64,000 bases of DNA, from assembly GCA_951406725.2 (NCBI GenBank), contig OX597828.1:44950001-45014000 (forward strand), in the 5' to 3' direction. The number at the start of each line of letters is the position of its first letter. The stretch's first letter is position 1. The DNA is from Octopus vulgaris. Lineage: Eukaryota. A model generated the notes under the pieces. That model worked only from the letters and a program-made list of their open reading frames with translations. It ran no database searches and was not told the origin of the DNA. Shown here piece by piece: positions 11,350 to 25,687 of the stretch. A program made the position numbers and the translations under genes.

Positions 11350-12971
11350 ACGAGTGTGTGTACAGGGTTTCTCTAAATGCTTTTTAATTTTTAAATATTA
11401 CTTTAAAATTTTCTTAAATACACTTTATTCTTTTTAAAATATTTTATATTTATTAATAGCTTTTTAAAAATTCTTTTGTCCTTTTTTCATTTTGGTTTAG
11501 AAATATTAAATTATCTGTTTGATATAAACATGTGACCTTAAGAATAAAAACAAAAGTAAATTGCTTAGAATGAAAATAAATTAAAATTTGTTATATTTTT
11601 CAAATTTTTTCGTATATTTATTTGCACTGTAAATGTATTTACCTTGATATGTTTATATTTTAAATGTATTTATTTCACTTCATTTAAATCTGTCATTATA
11701 CACTATATCTTTATTTCTTATAATTTTTAGTTGCTGCTGTTGTTGTTGTTGTTGTTGTTGCAAATTTATCAGACTCGCAGACAAAATGTCTGGTAATATT
11801 TAATCATATCTTCTTGTGTTTCTTAGTTCAAATCCTGAGGTCTTCTTTTGTCTTGTGCTTACCATGTGTACATACTCTGATTTTCTTACAGTAGAAGTGC
11901 TGATGTCTGATGTGATCAGATATATTTTGTACTGATTGCATAGTCAGTACTTGATATGATCTTCTAGTTTCGGTTTCTTTTCTTAAAGTCTTGTCTTTTT
12001 TTTTGGTGACTACACATGTTGCATTGCATTGCGTTTTGAGGAATCTTCCCCTGCCAGATTACTAAAATAATTTATTCCCCACCTAATGTATATACCATAC
12101 CTTTAAAGATAGACATATAATAAGAAACAAACTTTCATAAGTACATCAGCACTAAAACTTTATTAATAACACCAGCCTCCTTTCGCCACATGTGTTTCAT
12201 ACATGTGTTACTAAAGACATAAAGAACATATGGTTTTGCATGTGAACAGATGAGCATGTCACATGCTTTGCATGTGAAAATTGAACAGCTGAATGCTTGA
12301 TGTATTTTCTAAATGTTTTGTTCTTGTAAATATTTTTTGTTCTGTATTGTCATGTTTCTCTCCCACTTCAAACGTTGCTTGTTTCTAGGGCAACCAGTTT
12401 CAACCTCGTTTTTAGAGAATATGCTGCATCAGTTATTACAACATCATCTGTTTGGTGGTTAAACTAAACAGAAAATTTGGTGAAGTGGTTTGAATCAAAG
12501 GCACAGTCTCTTAAGACTGTTCTCTTTCAGCCAGTCTTTCTGCACTGGCTCTTGAGCCACATTGAGGACGTAAGCAAAGATATCCTGTTAAACTCAGAAG
12601 CAGGAAAGCCATGCTGGAACATGCATACAATATCAGCAAAATTATGTTGGATGCTGCAGAAGTTAGTATGGCCAATATGTTTTTTGAAATAATTTGAGGC
12701 AGTGACAGGAGCAAAAGATTAATCTTGTACAGTTGATGGGTTTGTTGCACAGCACCTGGAGAGGCAAGTCGAATCCATTGAATATTATCATAGGATATTG
12801 GACAGATGTTCCGGCTAAGATGTTTAAAGTGTGATTCATTCTGAACTTCTAAGCTAAATTGCAACTGGAGTGAGATTACAAGCAGAAGTAGACTTCGCAT
12901 AGGGTGGTAAAGACAGAACCACATTCTCCCAGAGATAAAATAAACATAATTTGATAGATTGAACAAAGTAC

Positions 12972-13296
12972 ATCAGCATCATCATCATCATCATCCAGTG
13001 GTTTTGTCCCCATTAATGAGAATGGCTGGATCTACCGCAATGCCATAGCAACTAAAGTAGACAGGTGTAGCCCACCCCAACCTTTGGGCTGGCTGGTACT
13101 CATTCTCCTTTGCTATCATGAGGCTTTATCAGAGCTGGGTTTTCTACGGAGAGCATGCCCTTGTTTACCTCCAACCTCAGTTTCTAGACATGAGTGGTTT
13201 CAAGACCAACGCCTCTCCCACAAATTTTAAGAAATGTGGTGGAAAAATAGCTCAGGAAGGCAGGAACACTACTCCCTGAGACCCCTTTGTGGTTCC
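12972..13296 (-). mobile_element. second copy of the 2122-2449 repeat
   Basis: Colinear reverse-complement similarity, (CAT)n at the left end. Confidence 0.75.
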
Positions 13297-14260
13297 TTGG
13301 TTTCATAGAAGCAGCAAAAAACTTGCCCTCAAATTACATCATTAATGTCTTTAAAAAGTACAGTCCCCAGCATACTACAAACACTGTATTGTTTGAGTCA
13401 ATGAAGGAGCCTCTGGGTAGTTGCTTGATTTAATAGATATAGTGACTGAATCTCTCTCAAATTATATTGCAACTATTTTTAAAAGTGCAAAAGACACATT
13501 ATCATAACTATTATATAACATGGTTGTAGAAATTCCTGTAAATATGTGATATTCTCTGATGGCAGCAAAAAGAATGAAATCGCTCTTTGTGGCTTCTTAA
13601 ATTTGGTAGAAGCAGTAACAGACTCTGCCTCAAATTACAGCTTTAATGTCATTAAAAATTACAAGGAACTCATCAGGTAAATGTCATTTTACAAATCTCA
13701 GTAAAAGATGTGATGTTCACTGAAGGAATGTCTTTTGATTATTGTGACTGCACAGATTTGATCTGGGTTTAAAAACCACCACCGCCGCCACCGCCATTAA
13801 CATCGCCACTGCCACCACCACCACCACCACCACAACTGCTGCTGCCAGTGTCACCATTACTGCAACCACCACTGCTACCATCACATACTGTATTCTCTTT
13901 CTTCCTTTCTTTCATTTTTTTTTACCAGCTCATATATTTGAAAAAATAAAAAAACAAAAGACAAATTCATTTAACTTTAATTTTGTTTTATTTCTTAAAT
14001 AATATCAAAGGGAAATTTTATACAATATTGAAGCTCTTTAACAATGGTAGTAATAATGATAATTTAATAATAAGTATAATATTAACAATCATAATAACAA
14101 CAATAATGTTAATAATAATAATAATAATCATATTTTAAAAGGATTGACATAACTCTTCACAAAGGTAAATAGACAATCTGAAGCGTGCAATGCAATTGCA
14201 ACAGACATTATTCAACCAATAAAATATCTATTGCATTGACATCACGCTCATCATATAGTT

Positions 14261-14570
<310 letters not shown>

Positions 14571-14894
14571 CTATTGTATTTGTCACATGGGCAATGGACA
14601 AGAGGACATTACATGGATGAAAATAAAAATATTAATTATAATTATTATTTCTAAGATTCTGGTAATTAAACAGAGAGGAAACAGGTGCCTGCTTTGACAC
14701 TAATATATGAATGGTAACATAGATGTAGAATATCAACTCCGGAGAGAAAAAATGCAAAGCTGACTCTGATGGAATTTTGTCACGTGACTGAATGGCACAA
14801 AATAAATATTATAAAACCATGAATAATAATGATAGTAATAGTAACAACAACAAGAACAAGAATGATAATAATAATATTAATAATAGTCATGATG

Positions 14895-14959
<65 letters not shown>

Positions 14960-14966
14960 TAATAAT

Positions 14967-15865
14967 AATGGTGTCAAATTTTGGCACAAAGCCAGCAAGT
15001 TCAGAAGATTGGGTAAGCCGATTACAGTGACTCCAGTGCTCAACTGGTACTTAGTTTATTGACCCCAAAAGGATGAAGGACATAATCAGCCTCAGCAGAA
15101 TTTGAACTCAGAACGTAGGCATGCTAACGATTATGCCAGCTCGTTACCTTAAATAGTAATAATAACGATAATCCTTTCTATTATAGATACAAGGCCTGAA
15201 ATTTGCAGGGACAGGGTAAGTTGATCACATCGACCCAGTGCATAACTGGTACTTATTTAATCGACCCTGAAAGGACAAAGGGCAAAGTCACCCTCAGCAG
15301 AATTTGAACTCAGAACATAGCAGCAGACAAAATACCACTAAGCATTTGACCCAGTGTGCTAACGATTCTGCCAGCTTTCTGCCTTAGTAATAATAATGAT
15401 AATAATAATAATAATGATAATAATAATAATAATAATAATGATAATAATAATAATAACAATAATCCTTTCTACCGGAAGCACAAGGCCTCAAATATGAGGG
15501 AAGGGATTAAGTCAATTGCATCGACCCCAGTGCACAACTGGTACTTAATTTATTGACCCCTGAAAGAATGAAAAGCAATGGCAACCTCGGCAGAATTTGA
15601 ACTAACTCAGAACGTAGTGACAGACGAACTACCTATTTCTTTACTACCAACAAGGGGCTAAACACAGAAAGGACAAACAAGGACAGACAAATGGATTAAG
15701 TCGATTATATCGACTCCAGTGCGTAACTGGTACTTATTTAATCGACCCCGAAAGGATGAACGGCAAAGTCGACCAAAGCGGAATTTGAACTCAGAACATA
15801 GCAGCAGACGAAATACCAGTAAGCATTTTGCCTGGCACGCTAACGATTCTGCCAACTTGCCACCT
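14967..15865 (-). mobile_element. array of four head-to-tail SINE family B copies, mostly separated by (AAT)n
   Basis: Units at about 14967-15150, 15170-15386, 15460-15630 and 15633-15865, each with actggtactt...gacccc.aaagga...gaatttgaactcagaac. Confidence 0.85.
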
Positions 15866-16152
15866 TCTTAATAATAATGATAATAATAATAATGATAACA
15901 ACAATAATAATAATAATGATGATGATGATGATTGTGGTAGTGGTGGTGGTGGTGGTGGTGGTGGTGATGATTCTTCCATTATTGACCTCAAAGGCTGTAA
16001 AAACATTTAGGACAATGCAAAGACAAAGGCGAGTGGCGATTTACATAGAAGCAGGTAAACTGTAACAATTTTCAAAGGAATTATTACAAATAATAACAAG
16101 AGTAGGAATAGAAATAAGGATCTTTAACATTTAGGTGTGACTTGTTCTATGT

Positions 16153-16222
16153 ATTTATTTTATTTTTTATTTTTTTAGTTTCAGCTCACAAGTTGTGGCC
16201 ATGCTGGGGCACCGCCATTTAA
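16153..16222 (-). mobile_element. LINE/SINE-type 3' tail directly downstream of the 5S copy
   Basis: Minus strand: ggcggtgccccagcatggccacaacttgtgagctgaaact + A-rich run; closely resembles the family A tail ggcggtgctccagcatggccgcagtc..gactgaaac. Confidence 0.75.
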
Positions 16223-16228
16223 AGGAAA

Positions 16229-16347
16229 TGGTTACAGCACCTAGGTTTCCCAAGCAGTCACCCATCTGAGTTCTAACTAGGCTCGACGTTACTTAACATC
16301 GGTGATCCCACGAGAACCGGTGCTTTCAACGTGATATGGCCGTATAG
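16229..16347 (-). rRNA. divergent 5S rRNA copy (probable pseudogene or head of a retroposon)
   Basis: Minus strand ctatacggccatatcacgttgaaagcaccggttctcgtgggatcaccgatgttaagtaacgtcgagcctagttagaactcagatgggtgactgcttgggaaacctaggtgctgtaacca, 119 nt, colinear with invertebrate 5S; several substitutions in conserved positions; single copy; no T4 terminator. Confidence 0.92.
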
Positions 16348-16547
16348 GATATGTTTTCTATGGAAAGTTGTAGCATTCACTCTCATTTCCCCAAAATACA
16401 GCATTAATGGTTGTGATATGATTCCCAGTGGAAATTTTAATCAAGTCTCTCACTTAATTAACTAATTATTATTAATATGTTCTCTTTGACACTTGGGTAA
16501 ACCTTAATTCACAGTTTTCTGTTACTTGAAAGTAGTAAATAACAAAA

Positions 16548-16932
16548 TGATTTCAAATTTTGGCCCAAGGTTTTGGCCCAAGGTCAGTGTTCAGCTGGCA
16601 CCTTATTTTATTGACCATCAGAAGGATGCAAAGCAAAGTCGACCTCAGTGGAATTTGAACTCAGAATGTGAAGACAGCTGAAATGCCACTAAGCATTTTG
16701 CTCAATGTGCTAATGATTCTTTTCTACTCCAGGTGTAAGGCCTGAAATTTTGGGGGAGGGGACCAGTCGATTAGATCGACATCAGTATGCAACTGGCATT
16801 TCATTTATTGATCCGGAAAGGATGAAAGGAAAAGTTAGCCTCGGCGGAATTTGAACTCAGAATGTAAAAAAGGATGAAATACTGTTAAGCATTTCGCCTG
16901 GTGTTCTAACATTTCTGCCAGCTCACTACCTT
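16548..16932 (-). mobile_element. two tandem SINE family B copies
   Basis: Same diagnostic motifs as the 14967-15865 units. Confidence 0.8.
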
Positions 16933-16984
16933 TGTAGGTAATAACAAATTACCAAAGGTTTCAATTAAGGCTTTCTTCTGTGTT

Positions 16985-17715
16985 TCAAAGGGACAAGACT
17001 TTCCTTAAGGTATGAACTGTACCTAACAAAGCTGTTTTCTGGATCACTTCAAGCCTCATAGCAACTCCAGTATTGTCAATGTACTTTTCAAACCTCTTAC
17101 ATACCACTGCTAATGTTCACATTACAACCAGTATCACAGTCACTTTCCTCATACCCCAAAGCCTTCACATCATGTCCCTCAGTTGCTGGTATTCCTCCAT
17201 CTTCTCTAGTTCTTTATCTTTCATCTTCAAATCACTTGGCATCACAACACTTATGATATTAACCTCTGTCGTCTTTATCAATTTGCACAATATCTGGCTG
17301 TCTCGACTCTATGACCTGGTTACATTGTATACTATTATCTCAGAGAATTTTGTATTGTTCAGTTTCCAGTACCTCTTCCAACTTGTGCACATACCATCAC
17401 TTGGTTCTCTCAAATTTTGCTTTATTACACAGATTCCAGTGCATACACCTGGCCACATTGTCAAATCTCCTTTTGTATTATTGCTGTGTTAGCTTACTGC
17501 ACTCACTGACAATATTGCTTATGAATTTTCTCTTTTCAGAATAAATTCTACATAATGGTGAAACTGCATTTATCAATATGGTGTTCAGTGTAATTTGTCC
17601 CGAGGGCCTGTTTTGAGCACTACATACTAATGTCTTAGTGCAGCCTTTTAAGTCACCCTTCTGCAGTCATTGGTCTTATTCTAATTAATCTCATTTTTAT
17701 CCCTCAAGAACTGAC
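16985..17715 (-). mobile_element. R4/Dong-like non-LTR retrotransposon 3' fragment (CCHC knuckle + restriction-like endonuclease), decayed
   Basis: Minus-strand translation with stops/frameshifts: SPLCRI...NIVSECSKL...YKRRFDNVARCMHWNLC...VIESRQPDIV...EKMEEYQQL...EVIQKTALLGTVHTLRKVLSL*. Confidence 0.85.
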
Positions 17716-18099
17716 TGTTCACTTTCTTATCATTCCAAGTTGAAATTGCAACATAGCATCCCTGCCCATGTCCAGAAAAAAATTTCACTGTAAACATTTT
17801 TGCTGTAGGACAATTCACTGTAAAAAAACAATAAATTGCAATAAATAAATAAATAAATAAAGATTAACTGCTTTCTTAAAATGACAAGTTTGTCAACTAA
17901 ACTACCAATTAGGGAAAGATAATTTCTTTAAAATGAGTGATCTAGTTTACAGTCTGCTTGAGTGCCACCTTTATGGCAAAAATTTCCTATAACCATCCCT
18001 GCTAACTAATGTAGCATGTAATAGCTTTAACCACAGCAACAACAACAACAACAATACTTTCTTGTCTCAATTTTGGGGTAAAAAAGAAATAATTGACTT

Positions 18100-18292
18100 C
18101 AACCCTTTAACATACAGATTACTTTGTCTTTTGTGATGTTTATTTATTCACAATGTCTTTATCAATCATGCACTATCTTGTGGCTTCAAGGTGCTCTTGT
18201 TTATTTTTAGAACGACATTGTAGGGCAGGTTTGAGATGTTAGATCTGGCCAGTTTGAACGTAAAATGGCAGAATATTTTGTCCTGGGGTTAA
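18100..18292. mobile_element. piggyBac-like MITE family 2 (inverted relative to 54564-54854)
   Basis: aaccctttaacat...ggggttaa ends; body resembles the reverse complement of 54564-54854. Confidence 0.55.
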
Positions 18293-19271
18293 TGATGCCA
18301 GTGTTTCACCCATACTTTATTTTATCCACCTTGAAAGCATGAAAGGCAAAGTTTAATCCTTGGACAGGATTTGAAATCAAAATGTAAAGAACTGGAAGGA
18401 AATCCTTAAGGAATATTGTCCAATGCCCGAATGATTCTGCCAATCTTCCTGATGGAGTCAGAGATAGTTCGTAGAAGTATGTCCTAGAACTAGTAACTGA
18501 CCTTCGCTATTACCCCACTAGCAGAGACAGGATCATCATGACCAAGAACAACATTTTACGATCAATATGCTAGATATTATCTTCAAAGAGACAGGTAAAT
18601 TGAATCTATCCTTCTCTAGAAACATTCTTGACATCAAAAAGATGTGGACTGGATTTTTTTCATAAAACATAGAGAAAAAGAATACTTAATAGATACGTAA
18701 AAATGGCATGGGGTTGGGTCAGACATTCTAAATAATAATGGTTTGAAGTTGGAACTGGAACAATTTGGTAATTCTTGGTAAGATTAAAATGATGGGAGCT
18801 AGTGCTTTTGCTTCATTAGGGGCTTCTGAGACTGGTAGTGGTGGATGGGATGGGGTGTGGTGGGGGAGAGAGGAAGTTTTTCCTCAAACCTGAAATCTGG
18901 CCTGAATGCTTGCAGTACAGTAGACTCTGCTAAAGGCACGCAAGATACTGGGTGATGGGTTAAGGTTACTATCCAGGTAGGCCATGGTGGGATTTTAACT
19001 CAGAACAGAGAGGGACTGAACGAATGCCACAAGGTACCCAGACCAAGGTATACCTTTGGTTGGTACCGTTTTTATTGACCCTGAAAGAAGAAAAGGGAAG
19101 TTGACCTCAGCAGGATTTGAACTCAGAACATGGAGAGTCAGAACAAATACTACAAAGCAGCTTTCTCTAATGGTTCTGCCAGCTTGCCATGTTGAAAGAA
19201 TCTCTGTCAAAATCATATTTTATCAAATATGTAAGATATGGATTAATAAATATTTTGTTACAAGTAATAAT

Positions 19272-19670
19272 TAAGAAAATGACTGCCAGCTTCAGTCAGA
19301 GGTCAAATGCATTTCACCAATGGTGTATATATAGAATTTTCAAGATCTGCTACAAGAATAGAATCACAAACTCAGAATTCCTGAGAAGCGCAACTTGCAG
19401 AAGATTGTGGCAGAAAGAAGAGTGAAATTTTGCAGGATGTGTTTTAGACTGCCAGAAGGATGGATACCCATGACAGCTATGCAATGGTTACAGCCAGAGA
19501 GACAAACAAAAAAGACAGGAACCCAAGAAGACACGGTGCACCATCTTCAAAGAAGATCTGAAGCAGCTTAGCAGCACCTATGCAGGGGGCTGTACTCAAT
19601 ATTCTGATTATTGGAGACATTGTGCTGCCCAATGGACAGGACAACTCTAAGAATGGATCTAAGACAAAGA
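19272..19670 (+). mobile_element. RTE-clade LINE 3' fragment (RT C-terminus), decayed
   Basis: NAFHQWCIYRIFKICYKNRITNSEFLRSA...RLPEGWIPMTAMQW...PKKTRCTIFKEDLK resembles the RTE AFHQRCLRRIL..ITNEEVL..RPKKTW signature. Confidence 0.8.
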
Positions 19671-19924
19671 ATAATTAAACAGCAATCTAGCAGAGTCATT
19701 AGTGTCAGAAAAAAATGTTTTTTCTTTTCTTTTTTGGCATTTTATTTTTTTAAAACTTTACATTGTGAGTTCAGATTGCATTGAGGTTGATTCTTGCCTC
19801 TCATCCTTTAAAAGCAAATAAAATAAGTACCATTCAAGTACCAGTTATCAACTTAGCCTTCCCCACCAAATTTTCAAGTCTTATGGCTATTGAAAGGATT
19901 ATTGTTGTTGTTGTTGTTGTTGTT

Positions 19925-19965
<41 letters not shown>

Positions 19966-20009
19966 CATTATTATCATTATTCTTATTCTTATTCTTATTA
20001 TTATTCAGT

Positions 20010-20505
20010 AGTCTTATTATTATAATGTGCTTTCACTTCACTACCGAGCGCAGCTCTCTGTGCCTTGGGTATGTGCTGTGGTTTGTTGTGATGCTCTTAT
20101 TTTTACTGTATTGAAAGTGTTTTACGGAGGATGTGTGCAGTGCCTAGTAGTGTTATTTTCTGTATGCTATATATAATTGCAAGTCCTGGTGTTTTTGCTG
20201 TGTATTTGTCTGTGTTATAACATATTTGTAACTCCTGGTGATTTGGTTATTTATTTGTCTGTATGTTTTTTAACCATGCATAATGCACCTATTAATATAG
20301 AGATTATTTCAGTCTTCAAGCTCTATATTTGTGTTATTTCTGTTTCTAAATTCTTGCATTTCAGATATTTCTCTGTTTCATTTGAGAGATACATTATCAT
20401 CTGTTGGAACTGATATATCAATTAGAAGGCATTTTATTCTTGGTGGACCCTGACAACAATATCTGGTCTATTATCCTTGATCTGTCTATCTGTATGCATT
20501 GTATC
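20010..20505 (-). mobile_element. R4/Dong-like retrotransposon 3' end (REL endonuclease + 3' UTR) flanked by (ATT)n
   Basis: Minus strand TDRQIKDNRPDIVV...IISILIGALCMVKKHTDK...IQKITLLGTAHILRK; tail runs into the TAA microsatellite. Confidence 0.85.
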
Positions 20506-21062
20506 AGCATTACTATCATTATTATTATTGTTGCTGTTATTATTATTATCATTATGCAGAGAGCTGACAGAATCACTAGACTGTCAATAAAAGTACTATG
20601 TAGTATTTTTTTTGGCCCTTTAGCATCTAGATTAACTTTGCTTCTCGTTTTTATGGGGTCACTCAAATAAGTACAAGTGAAATACAGGGATTGATGTCAT
20701 TGGCAACCCACCCACTCAGTCCTAAAAATTGCTGGCCTTGTGCTTAATCACATACTCACACACACACATTTGTCACATGCATGCATACTCTTAGACAAGC
20801 ATACTCATCAACACCAGCATCATCATCATCATTATTGCCATCGGCCTCATCGTCGGCGGCGTCCGCATCGTAGCAGTAGTCATCATCATCATCATCATCA
20901 ACATCATCATCATCATCAACAACAAAACATCATCAACACCATCGTTGTAATTATCATTGCCATGAATGGGAGAAGTAATATATTTAGATTCAAAAGAAAC
21001 GCCAACATGCACACACATGCACATACATGGACACACACATGCACACACATGCACAACAAAAA

Positions 21063-21093
<31 letters not shown>

Positions 21094-21252
21094 GTCATCA
21101 TCATCATCACCATCATTGTCATCATCACCATCATCATAGTTATCAAAGATTTCTTCAAACATTACAACCATCAAAAGCACAGTGCACAACTTGACAAACA
21201 TAACACTGATACGGTTGCCAAAATGACGTGTGCATATGCAGTCGATGCATAC

Positions 21253-21311
21253 TTGCAGTCCACGTGTGAGGAAAATTCCACAACTGACTGGTTGTAAGCT
21301 CTGCTAGGATC
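21253..21311 (-). CDS. candidate 59-nt exon (DPSRAYNQSVVEFSSHVDC or ILAELTTSQLWNFPHTWTA), gene unidentified
   Basis: gctttctatAG|GATCCT...TGCAA|GTATGC; two open frames; non-repetitive island between microsatellites. Confidence 0.3.
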
Positions 21312-21378
21312 CTATAGAAAGCTGCTGTAGTAAATCATATATTGAATAAATAGTTATATAAAGAAATCACACACACAT

Positions 21379-21431
<53 letters not shown>

Positions 21432-22064
21432 CTCACACACACACGTGCATGCACACCCCAAAATTTATACACACATGTGCATGCATGAACGGTCATATAC
21501 AGATCAACACATTAATATTAAAATGACAAGATTAATGTATGAAGAATCTATAATATATATGCTTACGCATATATATATATGTATAGATATTTGTATATAT
21601 ATATATACATATAAATATATATACATATATATATATAGATATACACACATATATATATATGTAGAAATTTGAGTGTGTCTATATATTTATATAAATAGAT
21701 ATATATACATACATATGTATATATATGTATATATATATATATACATATAAGTATATATATGAATATAAATATATATATATACGAACATGTCAATTTATAA
21801 GTATATATATTTATTTTTGACTATATACATATAAATATGTACACACTTATATACATACATACATATATATATACACATATATATATGTATATATATATTT
21901 ATATATGCTTGAACGTATATCATTTCAGTGGGTGAGAAGTTCAAAAGAAGCTATATTCAGCTATTTAGAATAAAGTACTTTAAAGTAAGTCTGAAGGTGA
22001 ATAAAAATATAGACCAACAAAAAATATTATGAATTTTTTATACATACATACAAACACACACATT

Positions 22065-22123
<59 letters not shown>

Positions 22124-22174
22124 TTATTTATTTATTTATAGATATATGTATATGTGTGTATATATATATATATA

Positions 22175-22391
22175 TTATCTCGCCTACTTCCAAAGTCAGT
22201 CGCCATGATAGATCGTTAGCCACTACACACATTTTGGTTTCCTCTCCTTGTTTTTTCTGTGTCCCTTTCTGTAGAAGAGCATAGACTCGAAATGTAAAAG
22301 ACTTTTTCTATTCCTGAGCGTTATAGTAATACATCTGTTTGTTTTGTACACCACCTGTTTTCGTCTTTTGTTTTTTCGTTAACTCTCCCTA
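22175..22391 (+). mobile_element. Penelope-like non-autonomous repeat (same family as 10403-10552) inside (TA)n
   Basis: Near-identical 3' 150 bp; (TA)n on both sides. Confidence 0.7.
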
Positions 22392-22434
22392 TATATATAC
22401 ATATATATATATATATAAGTACATATGTATGTAC

Positions 22435-22473
<39 letters not shown>

Positions 22474-23327
22474 GTATATATGTATGTATATGTGTGTGTG
22501 CATGTGTAGGGTTTACTGATCCATTATAGGTATGATCAATTAAATATTCTCCATCCAATGAGAAATATATATCATTTAATACATGTCATATTTAAATTTC
22601 AGCTACTAATAGTTTCATGCTGTGGAAACACAATGACTCTGTAGATTTACTATCATATACATATGATTACAAAAAAATGAATCACCATTTGTTCAGAAGA
22701 TAAGTATTATAATTATTCAACCAACTGTACCACATAGACTGAAATACAATCCGTAAGTGGCTGAGCATTCCACAGACATGTAGACCTTTAATGCAATTCT
22801 CAGTAAGAAACAACGCAACACAGTCTGTAACAAAGCTGCACAATGGTTTCCATCTACTCAGTTTCACTCAAAATATTTGGCCTGACTTGGGGTGATGCTA
22901 TAAAACACATGCTCCAGATATAATTCCTAAGGGTCACCCTTATCACTGAACAACAAAAGTATTTACACACACAATATGAAAACTTAATCCCCAAAGGTTC
23001 ACACCATTCCCTTTCATATTTGGTTTTGTTTTTTGGTAAGATTTTCTTTTTAAAGAATCAGTAACATTTTATATTTTCAAATATTGTAACTGTATGAAAT
23101 ACTCCTTATAATGAACAACAGAGCAGCTGACATAACACATATTCCATGGTTTAGTGTTGTTTCAGCAATCTGCAGGAGACAGATAAAACATCACACGAGT
23201 AAACATCAGTGACAACAAGAATATGGCCTTGCCTATTTTGCAACGTACATTATATAATAGCCTCCACAGTCATTTAATCATAATGGAATGAACGAATATA
23301 GTACCTAACCAAACTGGTTACTTCACT

Positions 23328-23390
<63 letters not shown>

Positions 23391-23546
23391 GTATATATAA
23401 ATAATTAGAAAATGGAGAAAATCTCAGATTAACAAACACATCGATTGGACCACATTTATAGCTTATTTTTTAATATACAAAGCATGACATAACAAATAGC
23501 TTATGTAGCAAATCTTACAGCCATTTCCGCATCTGTTGCCAAGCGC

Positions 23547-23638
<92 letters not shown>

Positions 23639-23761
23639 ATATTATTGGTGAATTGAAGAAATGGAGCTGAACGCAGATTGAACAGAAATCGTTTTATTTC
23701 ATTCTACACATGTTAAACTTTTGATTAATCTACTACAAGATTATTCATCTTTCTATTTCAC

Positions 23762-23810
<49 letters not shown>

Positions 23811-23833
23811 GTATACATATATATATATACTTG

Positions 23834-23868
<35 letters not shown>

Positions 23869-23905
23869 GTATACATATATATACACACATATATACATAT
23901 ACAAA

Positions 23906-23952
<47 letters not shown>

Positions 23953-24357
23953 ACTCATCTAAAGGAAAAAAATGTTGTTGTGTGGTAATTCGGGAAGTAA
24001 ACTCTGCTGCCTCAGAGCAATACAGTTTCAAGGAAACATTACAGAGAAATTAATTATATTAATTATGTTGAACACGATTGAGAATAAATTTAGAAAATCT
24101 CAAAAAGAGTTGGGCTAACACATTTCATGTACGCATTCTGGGTAAAAAAAGAACTTGCAAACATATATTTGATGCCAATATTTCCCCATCATATAGATCC
24201 CAAATTACAAAGGACTATACCAACAACAGTATTCGGGGGAAATTTACACACACACACACACACACGCACACACGCACACACACACTCATACACATACACG
24301 CACACACATATATATGTATGCGTGTATGTGTGTGTATATATATACATTGTTTTATTG

Positions 24358-24603
24358 TTTTATTTGTTTCAGTCATTTGAGTGTGGCCATGCTGGAGCAC
24401 CACGTTTAGTTGAACAAACCCCAGGACTTATTCTTTGTAAGCCTAGTACTTATTCTATTGGTCCCTTTTACTGAACCGCTAAGTCACGGGGATATAAACA
24501 CAACAGCATCAGTTGTCAAGTGATGGTGGGGAGACAAACAGACGTGCAAACATATATATATACATATATACATATATATATATATAAATATATATATATG
24601 TAT

Positions 24604-24661
<58 letters not shown>

Positions 24662-24825
24662 GACGGACTTCTTTCAGTTTCCATCTACCAAATCCACTCA
24701 CAAGGCTTTATTCGACCCGAGGCTATAGTAGAAGACACTCGCCCAAAGTGCCACTCATTGGGACTCAACCCAGAACCATGTGGTTGCTAAGCAAGCTACT
24801 TACCACTCAGCTACTCCTGTGCCTA
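24358..24825 (-). mobile_element. SINE family A copy with expanded internal (TA)n
   Basis: Reverse complement of family A head and tail. Confidence 0.85.
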
Positions 24826-25537
24826 TATACATATTATATGATTGTGTAATGGTGATTTGAATTCAAATTGCATGATATCCAATATTAGAACTCCATGTGC
24901 CTTCCTATATATTGGTTTTGGCACAAGGCCAGCAAATTCACGTGTGGGGCCAAGTCAACTGCATTGACCTCAGTGCTCAACTGGGTCTTATTTTATCGAC
25001 CCTGAGCGAATGATAGACAAAGATGACCTTTGTGTAATTTGAACTCAGAATGTAAGGATGAACGAAATGCCATTAAGCATTTTCCCCAACATGCTAACGG
25101 TTCTGCCATTTCACTGGCATTCGTCTAATCTTATACAAACCAGGCATAAAGTGAATGTTTGCAGATGCCTCTATTAAGCTTCTGCATATTATCAAGCATA
25201 TTTCTCTCAGAAGACTTTGGTGATGTGAATCTAATATTTATCCAAGATAATCCATAACTCAAATTAAACATTAGTTACCAAATGTTTACTGCACAAAATT
25301 CTTCATCACACACAGTCATGCGTTTTTTTTAAAATTCCTGCAAGGTTTTACCATCAAAATTATTTTCAAAGAAGATTATGTTTATAAATTCTTGCATGGA
25401 ATATATTATTTTTTTTATGTTTGAAAAATCTTATTTTTTCAAAATTTTTGGAAACAACATGGTCGATGATATGGAAATTCTCTGTTTAACTGAAAGAAAA
25501 TTTCATAATTAACACAGTGCCAATGAACACAGTTAAA

Positions 25538-25603
<66 letters not shown>

Positions 25604-25605
25604 CA

Positions 25606-25687
<82 letters not shown>

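Noticed and set aside
14967-15865. Repeat-spacer pattern as a CRISPR-like array
   Set aside because: Units are ~200-bp dispersed SINEs separated by microsatellite; no cas genes; eukaryotic context.
16229-16347. Functional 5S rDNA locus
   Set aside because: Single copy, substitutions in conserved internal-promoter regions, imperfect terminal helix, no T4 terminator.
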